Part shown: positions 19,618-29,671 of the stretch, piece by piece
Numbering within the stretch: the first letter of the stretch is position 1
Layout of the letters: each line of letters begins with the position of its first letter
Program-made: the position numbers and the translations under genes
Notes under the pieces: generated by a model
Told to the model about the DNA's origin: nothing
Seen by the model: the letters and a program-made list of their open reading frames with translations, nothing else
The model's database searches: none
From: an uncultured bacterium
GTDB taxonomy: Bacteria > Krumholzibacteriota > Krumholzibacteriia > Krumholzibacteriales > Krumholzibacteriaceae
DNA: 64,000 nucleotides
Direction of reading: 5' to 3'
Assembly: GCA_963786935.1 (NCBI GenBank)
Contig: CAWBAN010000001.1
Location: 1,184,001 to 1,248,000 of the forward strand

Positions 19618-21426
19618 TCACCGCGGCTTCGGCGTCTCCGGCGTCACCCGGATATGGAGATCGTCGAGGAGCTGCTGCTCGACCTCCGAGGGAGCCCCTT
19701 CCATAAGAGAGGTGGCGCTCTGCGTCTTCGGAAAGGCGATGAAATCCCGGATCGTGGCGCCTCCGAACATGATCATCGCGATACGGTCGAGGCCGAGCGC
19801 GATGCCGCCGTGCGGGGGAGCGCCGTACTGAAACGCCTCGAGCAGGAACCCGAACTTGCGGTTCGCCTCCTCGGGGGTGATGCCGATGATGCCGAAGAGC
19901 CGCTCCTGCAGCTCGCGATGATGGATGCGAATGCTCCCCGAACCGAGCTCCGTCCCGTTGCAGACGAGATCGTAGAGGTGGCCGCGAACCCGCCCGGGGT
20001 CGCCCGCGAGGTGCGGCAGATCCTCCTCAAGGGGCATCGAGAAGATATGGTGGGCGGCCTCCCATCCTCCCCCCTCGGCGGGGAGAAAGAGGGGGAACCG
20101 GTTGATCCAGAGAAACCGGTGTCCCTCGCCGCCGTCGAGCATGAACGCGCGCCCCAGATGGAGCCTGAGCTCGCCGAGCGCCTTCGCCACGACGGCTTCG
20201 TCGCCGCCGACGATCAGGATGAGGCAGGGCCCCGCGGCGAGGCCGAAGATCGAGCGCAGCGCCGCGACGTGCGCCTCGGCGAGGAACTTCGATATGGGGG
20301 ACGAGACGCCGGACTCCTCGAGCTTGATCCAGACGAGCCCGCCCGCCCCGGCGGCCTTGGCGACCGCCTCGAGATCCGAAATCTGGCGTCTCGAGAACGA
20401 GGCGCCCTTTTCGAACGCGATGCCCCGCACCGTCCCGCCCCGCTCGAGGATCGACCGGAACACGGCGAATTCGCTCTCCCGGAACACCGCGGCGCAGTCG
20501 CGCATGTCGAGCCCGAATCTCATGTCGGGCTTGTCGCTCCCGTACCGGCTCATCGCCTCGGCGTAATCGATCCGCGGAAAGGGAATCGGGATCTCGACGC
20601 CGAGAACGCGCGAGAAGAGCTCGCGCATGAGCCGCTCGACGATCGAGAAGATATCCTCCTCGGTGATGAAGCTCATTTCGATGTCGATCTGCGTGTGCTC
20701 CGGCTGCCGGTCCGCGCGCAGATCCTCGTCCCGCAGGCAGCGGGCGAGCTGGAAATAGCGGTCGAATCCCGACACCATGAGAATCTGCTTGTAGAGCTGC
20801 GGGCTCTGCGGCAGCGCGTAGAATTTCCCCGCCTGGAGCCTGCTCGGCACGAGGTAGTCGCGCGCCCCTTCGGGCGTGCGCCGCACGAGCATCGGCGTCT
20901 CGATCTCGAGGAATCCTTCGGCCGAGAGGAATTCCCGCGCCGCCAGCGCGAGCCGGTGCCGCATCTCGATGTTCCGCTGGAGCGGATCCCGCCGCAGGTC
21001 GAGGTAGCGGTACCTGAGGCGCAGATCGTCGTTCGCCTGGACGTCGGAGGTCACGGCGAACGGGGGAACCTCGCTCCGGTTGAAGACGGCGATCCGGGTG
21101 GCGACGATCTCGATCTCCCCCGTTTTCATGTTCGCGTTCACCATGTTGTCCGGGCGCTTCCGCACGACCCCGGCGCAGGCGATGACGTCCTCGGCGCGCA
21201 GCGACTGGAACGCCGCCTGGAGCTCCCCCGCGCTCCGCTCCGTGACGAGCTGCACGACGCCCGTGCGGTCCCACAGATCGAGGAAGGTGAGGAAGCCGAG
21301 CTCCCGCACGCGCTTCACCCATCCCGCCAGCACGACCTCGCCCCCCTCGTCGCGGGCGCTCACCTCGCCGCAGCGGCGCGTGCGCTTCCACGCGGCCCCG
21401 AAATGATCGATCGCTCGATTATCCAT
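19618..21426 (-). CDS. aspS: Aspartate--tRNA ligase
   Basis: LRYRYLDLRR, TPEGARDYLVPSR, FYALPQSPQLYKQ, DLRADRQPE, GAPPHGGIALGLDR; start at 21426 overlaps the hisS stop. Confidence 0.97.
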   Translation of the reverse strand: MDNRAIDHFGAAWKRTRRCGEVSARDEGGEVVLAGWVKRVRELGFLTFLDLWDRTGVVQLVTERSAGELQAAFQSLRAEDVIACAGVVRKRPDNMVNANMKTGEIEIVATRIAVFNRSEVPPFAVTSDVQANDDLRLRYRYLDLRRDPLQRNIEMRHRLALAAREFLSAEGFLEIETPMLVRRTPEGARDYLVPSRLQAGKFYALPQSPQLYKQILMVSGFDRYFQLARCLRDEDLRADRQPEHTQIDIEMSFITEEDIFSIVERLMRELFSRVLGVEIPIPFPRIDYAEAMSRYGSDKPDMRFGLDMRDCAAVFRESEFAVFRSILERGGTVRGIAFEKGASFSRRQISDLEAVAKAAGAGGLVWIKLEESGVSSPISKFLAEAHVAALRSIFGLAAGPCLILIVGGDEAVVAKALGELRLHLGRAFMLDGGEGHRFLWINRFPLFLPAEGGGWEAAHHIFSMPLEEDLPHLAGDPGRVRGHLYDLVCNGTELGSGSIRIHHRELQERLFGIIGITPEEANRKFGFLLEAFQYGAPPHGGIALGLDRIAMIMFGGATIRDFIAFPKTQSATSLMEGAPSEVEQQLLDDLHIRVTPETPKPR

Positions 21427-22687
21427 CCATCCGCTCCAATTCATCCGAGACCGCCGCGGCGAGCGCGCCGGTCTCGACCGCGCGCTGCTCCCCCGTCTTC
21501 ATATTCTTGAGCGCCGCCGCGCCCGGGCCGATCTCGGCGAGACCGACGATGACGGCGAGCGGCGCGAGCTCGTCGGAGGCGGCCTTGAGCTGCTTCTTGA
21601 GGCTTCGCTCCGAGAGGTCGACGAGCACGCCGCGCCCCCCGGCGCGCAGCTCCCGCGCCACGCGCATCGCCCCGGCCTCGAGAGACGCGTCGAGCACGAC
21701 GACGTAGACGTCCGTCTGCCGCCCGCGTCGCGCGGCGGCGAATCCTTCGGGGAGGATCTCCATGAGGCGCTCCATGCCCGCCGAGAAGCCGACGGCGGGA
21801 ATCGACGGCCCCCCGCAGTCCTCCGCGAGACCGTCGTAGCGCCCTCCTCCGCAGAGGGCGTTCTGCGCCCCGAGCGAGGGATGGAGTATCTCGAACGCCG
21901 TCTTCGTGTAGTAATCGAGGCCGCGGACGAGGAGCGGATCGAGCGCGTACCGGATGCCCATCTCGCCGAGCAATCCCTGCAGCTTTTCGAAATGGCCGCG
22001 GCAGTCGGCGCAGAGGTGGTCGGTGATTCTCGGGAGCCGCTCCTTCACCGGACCGCATTCCTTGCAGTCGAAGATCCGCAGGGGATTCGTCGCGGTCCGC
22101 TCGAGACACGCCCCGCAGAGCTCGCCCCGGAGCCCTTCGAGCTTCGCCGTCAGCACGGCCTTGAAAGCGGGCCGGCACACGGGGCACCCGACGCTGTTGA
22201 GCCGCACCTCGAGCTCCGGAAATCCGAGCGCGCGGTAGAGACCGAGGCTCGTATCGATGATCTCGGCGTCGATCGCGGGCCCCTTCGATCCGAGCGCCTC
22301 GGCTCCGATCTGGTGAAACTGCCGGTACCTGCCGGCCTGCGGACGGTCGTAGCGGAACATCGGGCCCGCGTAGAAATAGCGCGCGATGCCCCCCGCGCGG
22401 TAGAGACCGTTCTCCAGGTACGCGCGCATCACCGACGCGGTGTTTTCCGGCCGAAGCGTGAGGCTTCGCCCCTTCCGATCGGGGAAGGTGTACATCTCCT
22501 TCGTGACGATGTCGGTCGCTTCCCCCACCGTGCGGACGAACAGCTCGGTTGACTCGAAGATCGGCGTGCGGATCTCGCGATAGCCGCAGCTCCGGAGGTA
22601 GCCGGCGAGGGCGCGCTCGACGACGCCCCAATCCTCCATCCGCTCGCCGAAAAAGTCGTTCGTGCCTCTCGGTTTCGTGTATTTCAT
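21419..22687 (-). CDS. hisS: Histidine--tRNA ligase
   Basis: MKYTKPRGTND, LRPENTA, RYDRPQAGRYRQFHQ, LVRGLDYY, GGGRYDGL. Confidence 0.97.
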   Translation of the reverse strand: MKYTKPRGTNDFFGERMEDWGVVERALAGYLRSCGYREIRTPIFESTELFVRTVGEATDIVTKEMYTFPDRKGRSLTLRPENTASVMRAYLENGLYRAGGIARYFYAGPMFRYDRPQAGRYRQFHQIGAEALGSKGPAIDAEIIDTSLGLYRALGFPELEVRLNSVGCPVCRPAFKAVLTAKLEGLRGELCGACLERTATNPLRIFDCKECGPVKERLPRITDHLCADCRGHFEKLQGLLGEMGIRYALDPLLVRGLDYYTKTAFEILHPSLGAQNALCGGGRYDGLAEDCGGPSIPAVGFSAGMERLMEILPEGFAAARRGRQTDVYVVVLDASLEAGAMRVARELRAGGRGVLVDLSERSLKKQLKAASDELAPLAVIVGLAEIGPGAAALKNMKTGEQRAVETGALAAAVSDELERMDG

Positions 22688-23076
22688 GCCTGCTCCGCGC
22701 TGCCGGCGCGCGCCCGGTAGCGCCGCATGCCGACCAGCGCCCCGCTCGCCACGCCGGCCATATCGGCGGCCCAGTCGAAAATATTCGCATCGCGGCCGGG
22801 TATGAACGCCTGATGATATTCGTCGACGCTCGCGATCACGAGCCCCGTCGACAGCACGATGAGCCACGCCGGAACGCCCCTGCGCCATCGCTCGCCGCGG
22901 ATCCCCCGGTAGAAGAGAAACGCGAGGATCAGGTACTCGAGAAAATGCGCGACCTTGTCCGACCAGGCCGGCATGCCGAACTCGTCCCCCGACAGCCGGG
23001 GAATCGACGACCCGACGAAGATCAGAATCGTCCAGATGAAGAACGGGAGCAATTGTCTCATGGTTTTCGCCGGCAC
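22684..23076 (-). CDS. VanZ-family membrane protein
   Basis: DKVAHFLEY, DEYHQAFIPGR...DWAAD. Confidence 0.85.
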   Translation of the reverse strand: MPAKTMRQLLPFFIWTILIFVGSSIPRLSGDEFGMPAWSDKVAHFLEYLILAFLFYRGIRGERWRRGVPAWLIVLSTGLVIASVDEYHQAFIPGRDANIFDWAADMAGVASGALVGMRRYRARAGSAEQA

Positions 23077-23124
23077 CGTGCCTCTTCCATTCTCGATCGC
23101 CGCCGCGGCCTCGGGGAACGCCCT

Positions 23125-23153
23125 AATATACCTTCCTCGTCCGCTCCGGTCAA
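23125..23153 (-). promoter_or_regulatory. sigma70-type promoter for vanZ-hisS-aspS
   Basis: TTGACC-17-TATATT. Confidence 0.6.
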
Positions 23154-23169
23154 CCGCGGAGCCCCGCCG

Positions 23170-24111
23170 TCACCGCGCGCATCCGCGGCCGCCGGCCGTC
23201 GATACGGGCGGCGCCATCGCGGCGAGCGCGGCGATGAGGGCGAGGTCGCTCTCGCGCGCCGCGTACAGGCCGGCGATGCCGAGCGCGGCGAGCTCGCCGC
23301 GCAGCGGACGGGGCACGCGATCCAGGACGCCGGGCAGCCGCCGCGCGAACTCCACACGGTACTGCGAATAGGAGGCGGGATCGTACGCGACGACGATTTC
23401 GGGAAACGCATCCCCCTCGTACAGAACGTCGAGCTCCCCCTCCCCCACGACGCCGGACGCCTCGAGCGCCTGCAGGCGCTCGAGCGAGATGCCCCCCGCG
23501 TCGTAGGCGCCGTAAATGACGCCGAACGCGACCCGCTCGTCCCCGGGGTACGACTCGGCGAACCCGATTGCGGCCGCCGAGAGCGCGCACCCCGATCGCT
23601 CGAGCGCGCGGTACGGCGCCAGAAATCCCGCCGCCGAGCGCGCGGAGCAGAAGATGACCCTCGCCCCGCTCGCGGGGGGCGCCGGCGCGCCCGCCTTCAC
23701 GATGACGGCGCTCCGCGAGTAGCGGTGCGCCTCCCGCTCCGCCGCGACGAGCGCGCAGCCGAGAGCACCGCGCGCGAGGGGCGCCGAAAGCTCGAGCGAC
23801 GTCGTGAGATAGAAATCGCAGCCGGACAGCTCGTCGCCGGATCGCAGGTACCGCCAGCGGATATCCCCGCACCCCTTGCCCCTGCAGAAATCGGCGAACT
23901 GCTCGAGCGTGGATCCGGCGCGCGCCGAATCGAACGTGCACACGCCGATCACGATCGCCGTGTGCGCCATTCCCTCCTCGTCGAGAAACAGGGCGCCCGC
24001 GGCGAGCGCGATGATCGCCGCGAATACGATAATCGTGCCCCATCGACCGAGGCGCGACGGGATGAGCCCGGCATCGTTGCCGCGATCGTTTGTGCTTCCC
24101 GTGTTTTCCAT
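23170..24111 (-). CDS. PhnD-like (phosphate/phosphonate) substrate-binding protein, membrane-anchored
   Basis: Start MENTG at 24111; one TM segment; YSRSAVIV, SAAGFLAP, VIYGAYDAG. Confidence 0.6.
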   Translation of the reverse strand: MENTGSTNDRGNDAGLIPSRLGRWGTIIVFAAIIALAAGALFLDEEGMAHTAIVIGVCTFDSARAGSTLEQFADFCRGKGCGDIRWRYLRSGDELSGCDFYLTTSLELSAPLARGALGCALVAAEREAHRYSRSAVIVKAGAPAPPASGARVIFCSARSAAGFLAPYRALERSGCALSAAAIGFAESYPGDERVAFGVIYGAYDAGGISLERLQALEASGVVGEGELDVLYEGDAFPEIVVAYDPASYSQYRVEFARRLPGVLDRVPRPLRGELAALGIAGLYAARESDLALIAALAAMAPPVSTAGGRGCAR

Positions 24112-24122
24112 GCGCGCCGCCT

Positions 24123-25064
24123 TTACCGTTTCGGGGTCACCTTCACCTCGAACGAGTCGACGTCGATCGTGAACGTGTCGATGCCCTGCGGCACGAGAAC
24201 CTCCGGCTTGATCCATACCGTTCCCCGGGCGCCCGGCGGGACGCTCAGCACGATCGAGCAGTCGTCGTTCACGAGACGGCCGACGAGGTCCTCGGGCCCC
24301 TCGACGACGAGCGACGCGGTGGGGGGCGACCACTCGACCTGGAAACCTTCCTCCACCTGAAGCAGCGTCGGCGGGATCCCCTGCATCGTCCGGACGGCGC
24401 GCCGGGCGATTTCGATCTCGACGCGCACGCCCCGCGGCCGGGCCTCGCGCCGCTCGCCCGCGCGGACCGCCACGTCCTGGGAGAATCCGCTCCGCCTGCC
24501 GCGCAAATCGATCGGATCCGTTTCGACGGCGGCCAGCCCGCTCATGTCGCCCGCGGAGCCGCGGACGAGCACGACGGGAGGGCTCACCGTCGGCTGGCCG
24601 ACGAGGATCATTTCCGGCGGGACCGCGCCGCGGAACACGGGCGTGACCGTCACGTACGCGCTGACGATCCGCTCGAAATCGAGGCTGAGCGATTTCGGCG
24701 CGTCGATCGTCGCATCCCCGGCCGGGAATCCCGCGGGGAGATTGAGAATCGCCGGAGAGAGCGGCACGACGACTCTCCCCCGCTTCGCGGCGCCGAGGTC
24801 GACGGTCCCCCTGATCCTGCTCAGGAACCGGAGCTTCATGAGCTCGCTCCGGGGACCCCGCACCGTGACCGAAATCTCTTTCGGGGCCTCGCCCGCCACC
24901 GCGAGGCTCTCCGGAATATTGACGAGATCGAGCGGGACCTTGAAGGTCTGCCGCTCGCCGATCTGCGCCGTGACGTAGAGCCACAGGAGAATCGCGAACA
25001 GGATCGAGACGATCTTGATCCCGATGTTCTCCGTGACGGCCCGGTACACGCTCTGGAAACGCAC
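24123..25064 (-). CDS. YbbR/CdaR-domain membrane protein
   Basis: NIGIKIVSILFAILLWLYV followed by repeated P-x-x-V-x-V-x-G modules. Confidence 0.85.
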   Translation of the reverse strand: MRFQSVYRAVTENIGIKIVSILFAILLWLYVTAQIGERQTFKVPLDLVNIPESLAVAGEAPKEISVTVRGPRSELMKLRFLSRIRGTVDLGAAKRGRVVVPLSPAILNLPAGFPAGDATIDAPKSLSLDFERIVSAYVTVTPVFRGAVPPEMILVGQPTVSPPVVLVRGSAGDMSGLAAVETDPIDLRGRRSGFSQDVAVRAGERREARPRGVRVEIEIARRAVRTMQGIPPTLLQVEEGFQVEWSPPTASLVVEGPEDLVGRLVNDDCSIVLSVPPGARGTVWIKPEVLVPQGIDTFTIDVDSFEVKVTPKR

Positions 25065-25077
25065 GAGACGACCTCGC

Positions 25078-26298
25078 TCACTCTCCGGCGACGGGGCCGG
25101 ATCCGTTGGGATGTTTCTCGAGATAGGAGACGATTCCCTCGGCGAGGGATTTCGCGAGCCAGCTGAGGTAGCTTTCCTTCGAGACGGTCGACGCTTCCTT
25201 CTTGTTCGAGAGATATCCCCCCTCGACCAGAATCGACGGCATCGTGACGCTGCGCAGGACAATGAGAGACGCCTGCTTGATCTTCCGGAACGGGACGGGA
25301 GGTTTCACGCGCAGCTCCGAAGCGACCTCCTCGGCGAGCAGCGAGCTCTGCCGCATCGCGTTCGAGAGGCTCACGTCGAACAGGATCGACTTCAGATCGT
25401 CGTTGAAACCGGCGCTGTCGGCGCCGGCCTCGAGGAGCAGGTTCTCGCGTTCCGCGACGGCCGCGGCGTTGTCGTCCGACGCCTGCAGCGACAGGAAATA
25501 GAGCTCGAGGCCCTGTATCTTGGGGCTCGGATTCGAGTTGAAATGAAGGCTGACGAACACCTCGCCGCCGCTCTCGCGCGCGAACGTGACGCGTCTGACC
25601 CAGTGCACGTCGTAGTCTCCGTCGCGCGTGAGGATCGCCCGATATCCGGGGCGTTTCTCGATTTCGCTCTTGAGCATCTTTGCGAGCCTCAGATTGAGCG
25701 TCTTCTCCTGGATACCGCTCCGCGATACCGTGCCCGCCGCGGGACCCCCGTGCCCGGGGTCGATGATGACGACACGGGTCCCCCCGCCGGCTCGCGGCGC
25801 CGCCGCCGGATTCTCCGCGGGAACCGGGCCGCCGGCCGCGGCCGGCGGCCGCGCGCCCTCGGCGTCCGCCGCGACCCCCGTCCTCCCCCCATCCGGACGG
25901 ACGACGTCGATGACGATCCGGTGGGGCTTGCCGGCATCCGGCTTCAAAGCGAAATGCTTGAACTCCGCGCGACGGGAGAGATCGAGAACGACCTGGCTGC
26001 CTTCCCGTATGCGATTCAGGCGAATCCGGTCGAGGAGACCGTCGTGAACCTCGATTTCCTTGACGTTTTCGGCGATCCGGGCGTTCTGCAGATCGATGAC
26101 GATCCGGAATGGATCGACGGCGGTTCTGACCGAATAGCGCCCTTCGCCGGTCATATCGAGCACGACCCTCGTGCCGGAATCGCCCGTGCGAAAGCGGATG
26201 TCCCGCACATATCGCGCCGCCGGAGCGGACGACGGCATCCCCGCGCCCAGACAAGCGGCGATGAACGCGACGATCAATAATGAACGATAGGACGCCAT
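25078..26298 (-). CDS. N-acetylmuramoyl-L-alanine amidase (AMIN + Amidase_3, AmiC-like)
   Basis: TRVVLD, RIVIDL; IIDPGHGG, EK, FVSLHFN, SILVEGGYLSN. Confidence 0.92.
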   Translation of the reverse strand: MASYRSLLIVAFIAACLGAGMPSSAPAARYVRDIRFRTGDSGTRVVLDMTGEGRYSVRTAVDPFRIVIDLQNARIAENVKEIEVHDGLLDRIRLNRIREGSQVVLDLSRRAEFKHFALKPDAGKPHRIVIDVVRPDGGRTGVAADAEGARPPAAAGGPVPAENPAAAPRAGGGTRVVIIDPGHGGPAAGTVSRSGIQEKTLNLRLAKMLKSEIEKRPGYRAILTRDGDYDVHWVRRVTFARESGGEVFVSLHFNSNPSPKIQGLELYFLSLQASDDNAAAVAERENLLLEAGADSAGFNDDLKSILFDVSLSNAMRQSSLLAEEVASELRVKPPVPFRKIKQASLIVLRSVTMPSILVEGGYLSNKKEASTVSKESYLSWLAKSLAEGIVSYLEKHPNGSGPVAGE

Positions 26299-26420
26299 AA
26301 TACCTCGACGGATGAGCGCGGCACGCGCGCCGCGTTCCTTCGCCGCACGAGTCTACGCGGTCGCGGCCGTGGCTGACAACAGAAATTGAAAAGGATTATT
26401 CGTCCGGGCCGCCCGCCGGA

Positions 26421-27338
26421 TCAGTCGTAGCAGACGCCCTGCGGAATCACGTACTGGAGCGGATCGCGCTGCGCCCTGCGGAACAGAACCTCGTAGTGCA
26501 GGTGGCTCCCCGTCGAATGCCCCGTGTTTCCGACGAGACCGATGATCTCGCCGCGTTTCACCTTCTGCCCGCGGGTCACGAGGAGCTTGGACAGGTGCGC
26601 GTAGCGCGTCGAGAATCCGTTCTCATGGTTGATTTCGATCATGAGCCCGAATCCGCCGTTGCTCCGCGCGAAGCTGACGACGCCGTCGGCGGTGCTCAGG
26701 ACGGGTGCACCCGTGCGGGCGCGATAGTCGATCCCCGAATGGTGGACGACCTCGCCGAGGAACGGATCCATCCGGCGCCCGTAACGACTCGAGAGGAATC
26801 CCCCCCTCAGGGGACGGATCGCCGGCGTGCCGCTGCGGATCTTCCTCTCCTTTTCGAGCACCGAGAGGACTTCCGAATAGCTTTCGAGCTGAATCTCCGT
26901 CTGCCGGAGCATTTGATCGAGGTTCTCGTCGATCGCGCCGAACGCGCTGTCCGGGTACGCGGTCTCCATGAGGCCGAGATCCGCCTCGCTCCCGCCGACG
27001 CCCGCCTGCCAGACGTCATGGGAGAGCGGCTCGAGGCTCGCGAGCAAGCGCGCCCGGTTCTGGAGCTCGAAGCTCAGGTCCATCTTCTCCTTGAGCCCGT
27101 CCACCTCGGCGCGGAAACGGGTGAGATCCTTCGTGAGACGCTCGTTCTCCGCCTTGAGATTCTTGATGGCGATGCCGTTCAGGCCGCGGCCGGCGCGGGA
27201 GGCGAGCAGCACGACGGCCGCCACGACGATCACGGCGACGGCGGCGGCCAGGCCGATGGCGAGGGTCCGGCGCACCCGGATCATCTTCACGCCGGCTTTC
27301 GCTCCGCGCACCCACAGAAAATCGAAATATCGGTCCAT
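26421..27338 (-). CDS. M23 family peptidase with TM segment and coiled coil
   Basis: HSGIDY, YAHL, GNTGHSTGSHLHYEV. Confidence 0.92.
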   Translation of the reverse strand: MDRYFDFLWVRGAKAGVKMIRVRRTLAIGLAAAVAVIVVAAVVLLASRAGRGLNGIAIKNLKAENERLTKDLTRFRAEVDGLKEKMDLSFELQNRARLLASLEPLSHDVWQAGVGGSEADLGLMETAYPDSAFGAIDENLDQMLRQTEIQLESYSEVLSVLEKERKIRSGTPAIRPLRGGFLSSRYGRRMDPFLGEVVHHSGIDYRARTGAPVLSTADGVVSFARSNGGFGLMIEINHENGFSTRYAHLSKLLVTRGQKVKRGEIIGLVGNTGHSTGSHLHYEVLFRRAQRDPLQYVIPQGVCYD

Positions 27339-27481
27339 ACCGGATCTCCGAAATCGAAGCTATTCAGTTATTCCCTGTTTCCCGTAAAACCTAATAGCCG
27401 CCCTGGACGCGCGTCAAGCGATTATTCCTCCCCGCCGTGAAATGCTGCAAATGGCGTACCAGCGAGACGGCCGGAGGCATG

Positions 27482-27515
27482 AAAAAAGGGCGGGGAAACC
27501 TCGTTCCCCCGCCCT
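27482..27515 (-). terminator. Rho-independent terminator after the sigma factor gene
   Basis: AGGGCGGGGGAAC-GAG-GTTTCCCCGCCCT followed by a U-run on the minus strand. Confidence 0.8.
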
Positions 27516-27538
27516 CTGCAATCGATGTCAGGCCGGGA

Positions 27539-28438
27539 TCAATCCTGCACGTACCCTTTCAGGTACTTGCTCCGGGAGTTGTGCCGAAGACGCAGGATGG
27601 CCTTCTCCTTGATCTGCCGGATGCGCTCCCTCGTGAGATTCATACGCTTGCCGATCTCCTCGAGCGTGAGCGGCTCCTCCCCTTCGATGCCGAAGTAGAG
27701 GGACAGTATCTGCCGCTCGCGGTCGGTCAACGTGTCGAGCGCCTTCTGCATATCGTCGCTCAGCGCGTTCACGTACGTCTGCTCGTCCGGGGCCTCGAGA
27801 TTGTCGTCGGCGAGGTAATCGACGAGCGAGTTCTCTTCCTGATCGTTGCTGAACGACGCGTCGAGGGAGAGATGGCTGTTCGCGATCTGCATCGTGTCCC
27901 GCACCTCGTCATGGGGGAGCTTCAGCTTTTCGGCGATCTCGGACACCTCGGGACTTCTGCCGAGCTCCTGATCGAGCTGCCGGGCCGCCTTACCGATACG
28001 GTAGAGCGTGCCCGCGCGATTGAGGGGCAGCCGCACGATCCTCGACTGCTCGGCGAGCGCCTGCAGCATCGCCTGACGGATCCACCATACGGCGTAGGAG
28101 ATGAATTTATACCCTCTCTTCTCGTCGAACCGGTACGCGGCCTTGATGAGCCCCAGGTTCCCCTCGTTCACGAGATCGGCGAGCGAGAGCCCCTGATTCA
28201 CATACTGCTTCGCGATGGAGACGACGAAGCGGAGATTCGCCTTGACGAGCGCGTGCAGCGCGTTCTCGTCATTCTTGCGGATTCTCTTGGCCAGATCGCG
28301 CTCCTGCTCCCTCGTGAGAAGAGGAGTGTTGTTGATCTCCTTGAGATAAAGATCCAGGCTTCTCTCGCCTATGTATTCGCCGCTCTCCCTGTTTTCCGAG
28401 TACATCTCTTCCTTTTCCCTCAGGTCGTCCTCAGTCAT
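27539..28438 (-). CDS. RpoD/SigA-family sigma-70 factor lacking region 1.1 (FCB-type)
   Basis: LDLYLKEI, ANLRFVVSIAKQY, EGNLGL, KFISYAVWWIRQ, TLEEIG...TRERIRQI; 299 aa. Confidence 0.93.
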   Translation of the reverse strand: MTEDDLREKEEMYSENRESGEYIGERSLDLYLKEINNTPLLTREQERDLAKRIRKNDENALHALVKANLRFVVSIAKQYVNQGLSLADLVNEGNLGLIKAAYRFDEKRGYKFISYAVWWIRQAMLQALAEQSRIVRLPLNRAGTLYRIGKAARQLDQELGRSPEVSEIAEKLKLPHDEVRDTMQIANSHLSLDASFSNDQEENSLVDYLADDNLEAPDEQTYVNALSDDMQKALDTLTDRERQILSLYFGIEGEEPLTLEEIGKRMNLTRERIRQIKEKAILRLRHNSRSKYLKGYVQD

Positions 28439-28621
28439 AATAAACCGCCTTCAATACCCGAACGGTTTCCTTCGACTCCGTTCCACTTAGACCCTTCACA
28501 AGGTGCATACACCTCGCGCGCAGAAAAGTTCTTTCTTTTCGGTGGGGTTCTAAGTGCAGGTATCGTCGGCGAAACGATTTACTTTCCTGTCACAACTTGC
28601 CCATACACCCTTACACCCAAT

Positions 28622-28650
28622 AGTGTATCCGCATACCGGAATTATGTCAA
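28622..28650 (-). promoter_or_regulatory. sigma70-type promoter for the sigma factor gene
   Basis: TTGACA-17-TACACT. Confidence 0.7.
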
Positions 28651-28903
28651 GAATAATTCTGGAAAAATTTCGCTTTTTTCAAGGGGGGCGCCCCGAGACG
28701 GCCCCCCGGCGACGGCAGATCGGCATAATTCATTGTATTGCAAAGCCCAAGGGTCCTCGCCCACCCTCCCGCTTCCGACAGGAACGGCCCGCTCCGGGCC
28801 CGCGCGGAGGACGCGGGGGGGTTTTCCCTTGCCATAACCGGTCGATTCTGCAATAGAATTCAGTACCGTATTCCGAACCGGGATAATCCAGGGGAGCAGA
28901 ACC

Positions 28904-29671
28904 GTGACGCATGCGAAAGACTCCGTATTCTTCCTCTCCGACGCCCATTTCAAATACGACGGCTCGAATCCCGACGAGCGCTTGAAGCGGGATCGATTCA
29001 TCTCTTTCATCGCCCGCATCGAGGGTGCGTCGAGGCTCTACCTCCTCGGAGACATCTTCGATTTCTGGTTCGAATACGCGAGCGTCGTGCCGCGGTACTA
29101 CGGGGATATCCTCGACGCGCTCGCCGCGCTCAAGAGATCGGGCACCGCCATTTACATCGCGGGCGGGAACCACGATTTCTGGCTCGGATCGCACGTATCC
29201 GGGACGCTCGGCTTCGAAATTCTCCCGCTTCGCGCCACGCACGCAATTCAGGGAGTCACGGTGGCGATGACGCACGGGGACGAGCTCCTCCCCGGCGACC
29301 GCGGCTACAAGATGCTCAAGGCGGTCATCCGGAGCCGGCCGGCGGTCGCCCTTGCCCGCGCCGTGCATCCCGATCTTCTCTACGCCTTCGCGCGGCACTT
29401 CTCGCGGGCGAGCAAAGGCATCACGGCGAAGAAGACCGAGCGCGCCGCGAAGGCCCTCCTCTCGATGGCGGAGGGGGCCTTCTTCACCGCCGGCAACGAC
29501 GCCTTCGTCATGGGGCACATCCATTACCCGTGCATCGAACGCTTCGGGGAGCACACCTTCGCGATCATCGGGGATTGGGAGCGGAACTTCTCGTATCTCG
29601 AGATGCGTGAGGGGCGATTCTCGCTGAAATTCTACCGGCCGGGGGAGAACACGTTGAGCGAGAACCGGTGA
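28904..29671 (+). CDS. lpxH: UDP-2,3-diacylglucosamine diphosphatase (LpxH-like metallophosphoesterase)
   Basis: SDAH, LGDIFDFW, GNHD, THGD, GHIH, GDW. Confidence 0.8.
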   Translation: MTHAKDSVFFLSDAHFKYDGSNPDERLKRDRFISFIARIEGASRLYLLGDIFDFWFEYASVVPRYYGDILDALAALKRSGTAIYIAGGNHDFWLGSHVSGTLGFEILPLRATHAIQGVTVAMTHGDELLPGDRGYKMLKAVIRSRPAVALARAVHPDLLYAFARHFSRASKGITAKKTERAAKALLSMAEGAFFTAGNDAFVMGHIHYPCIERFGEHTFAIIGDWERNFSYLEMREGRFSLKFYRPGENTLSENR

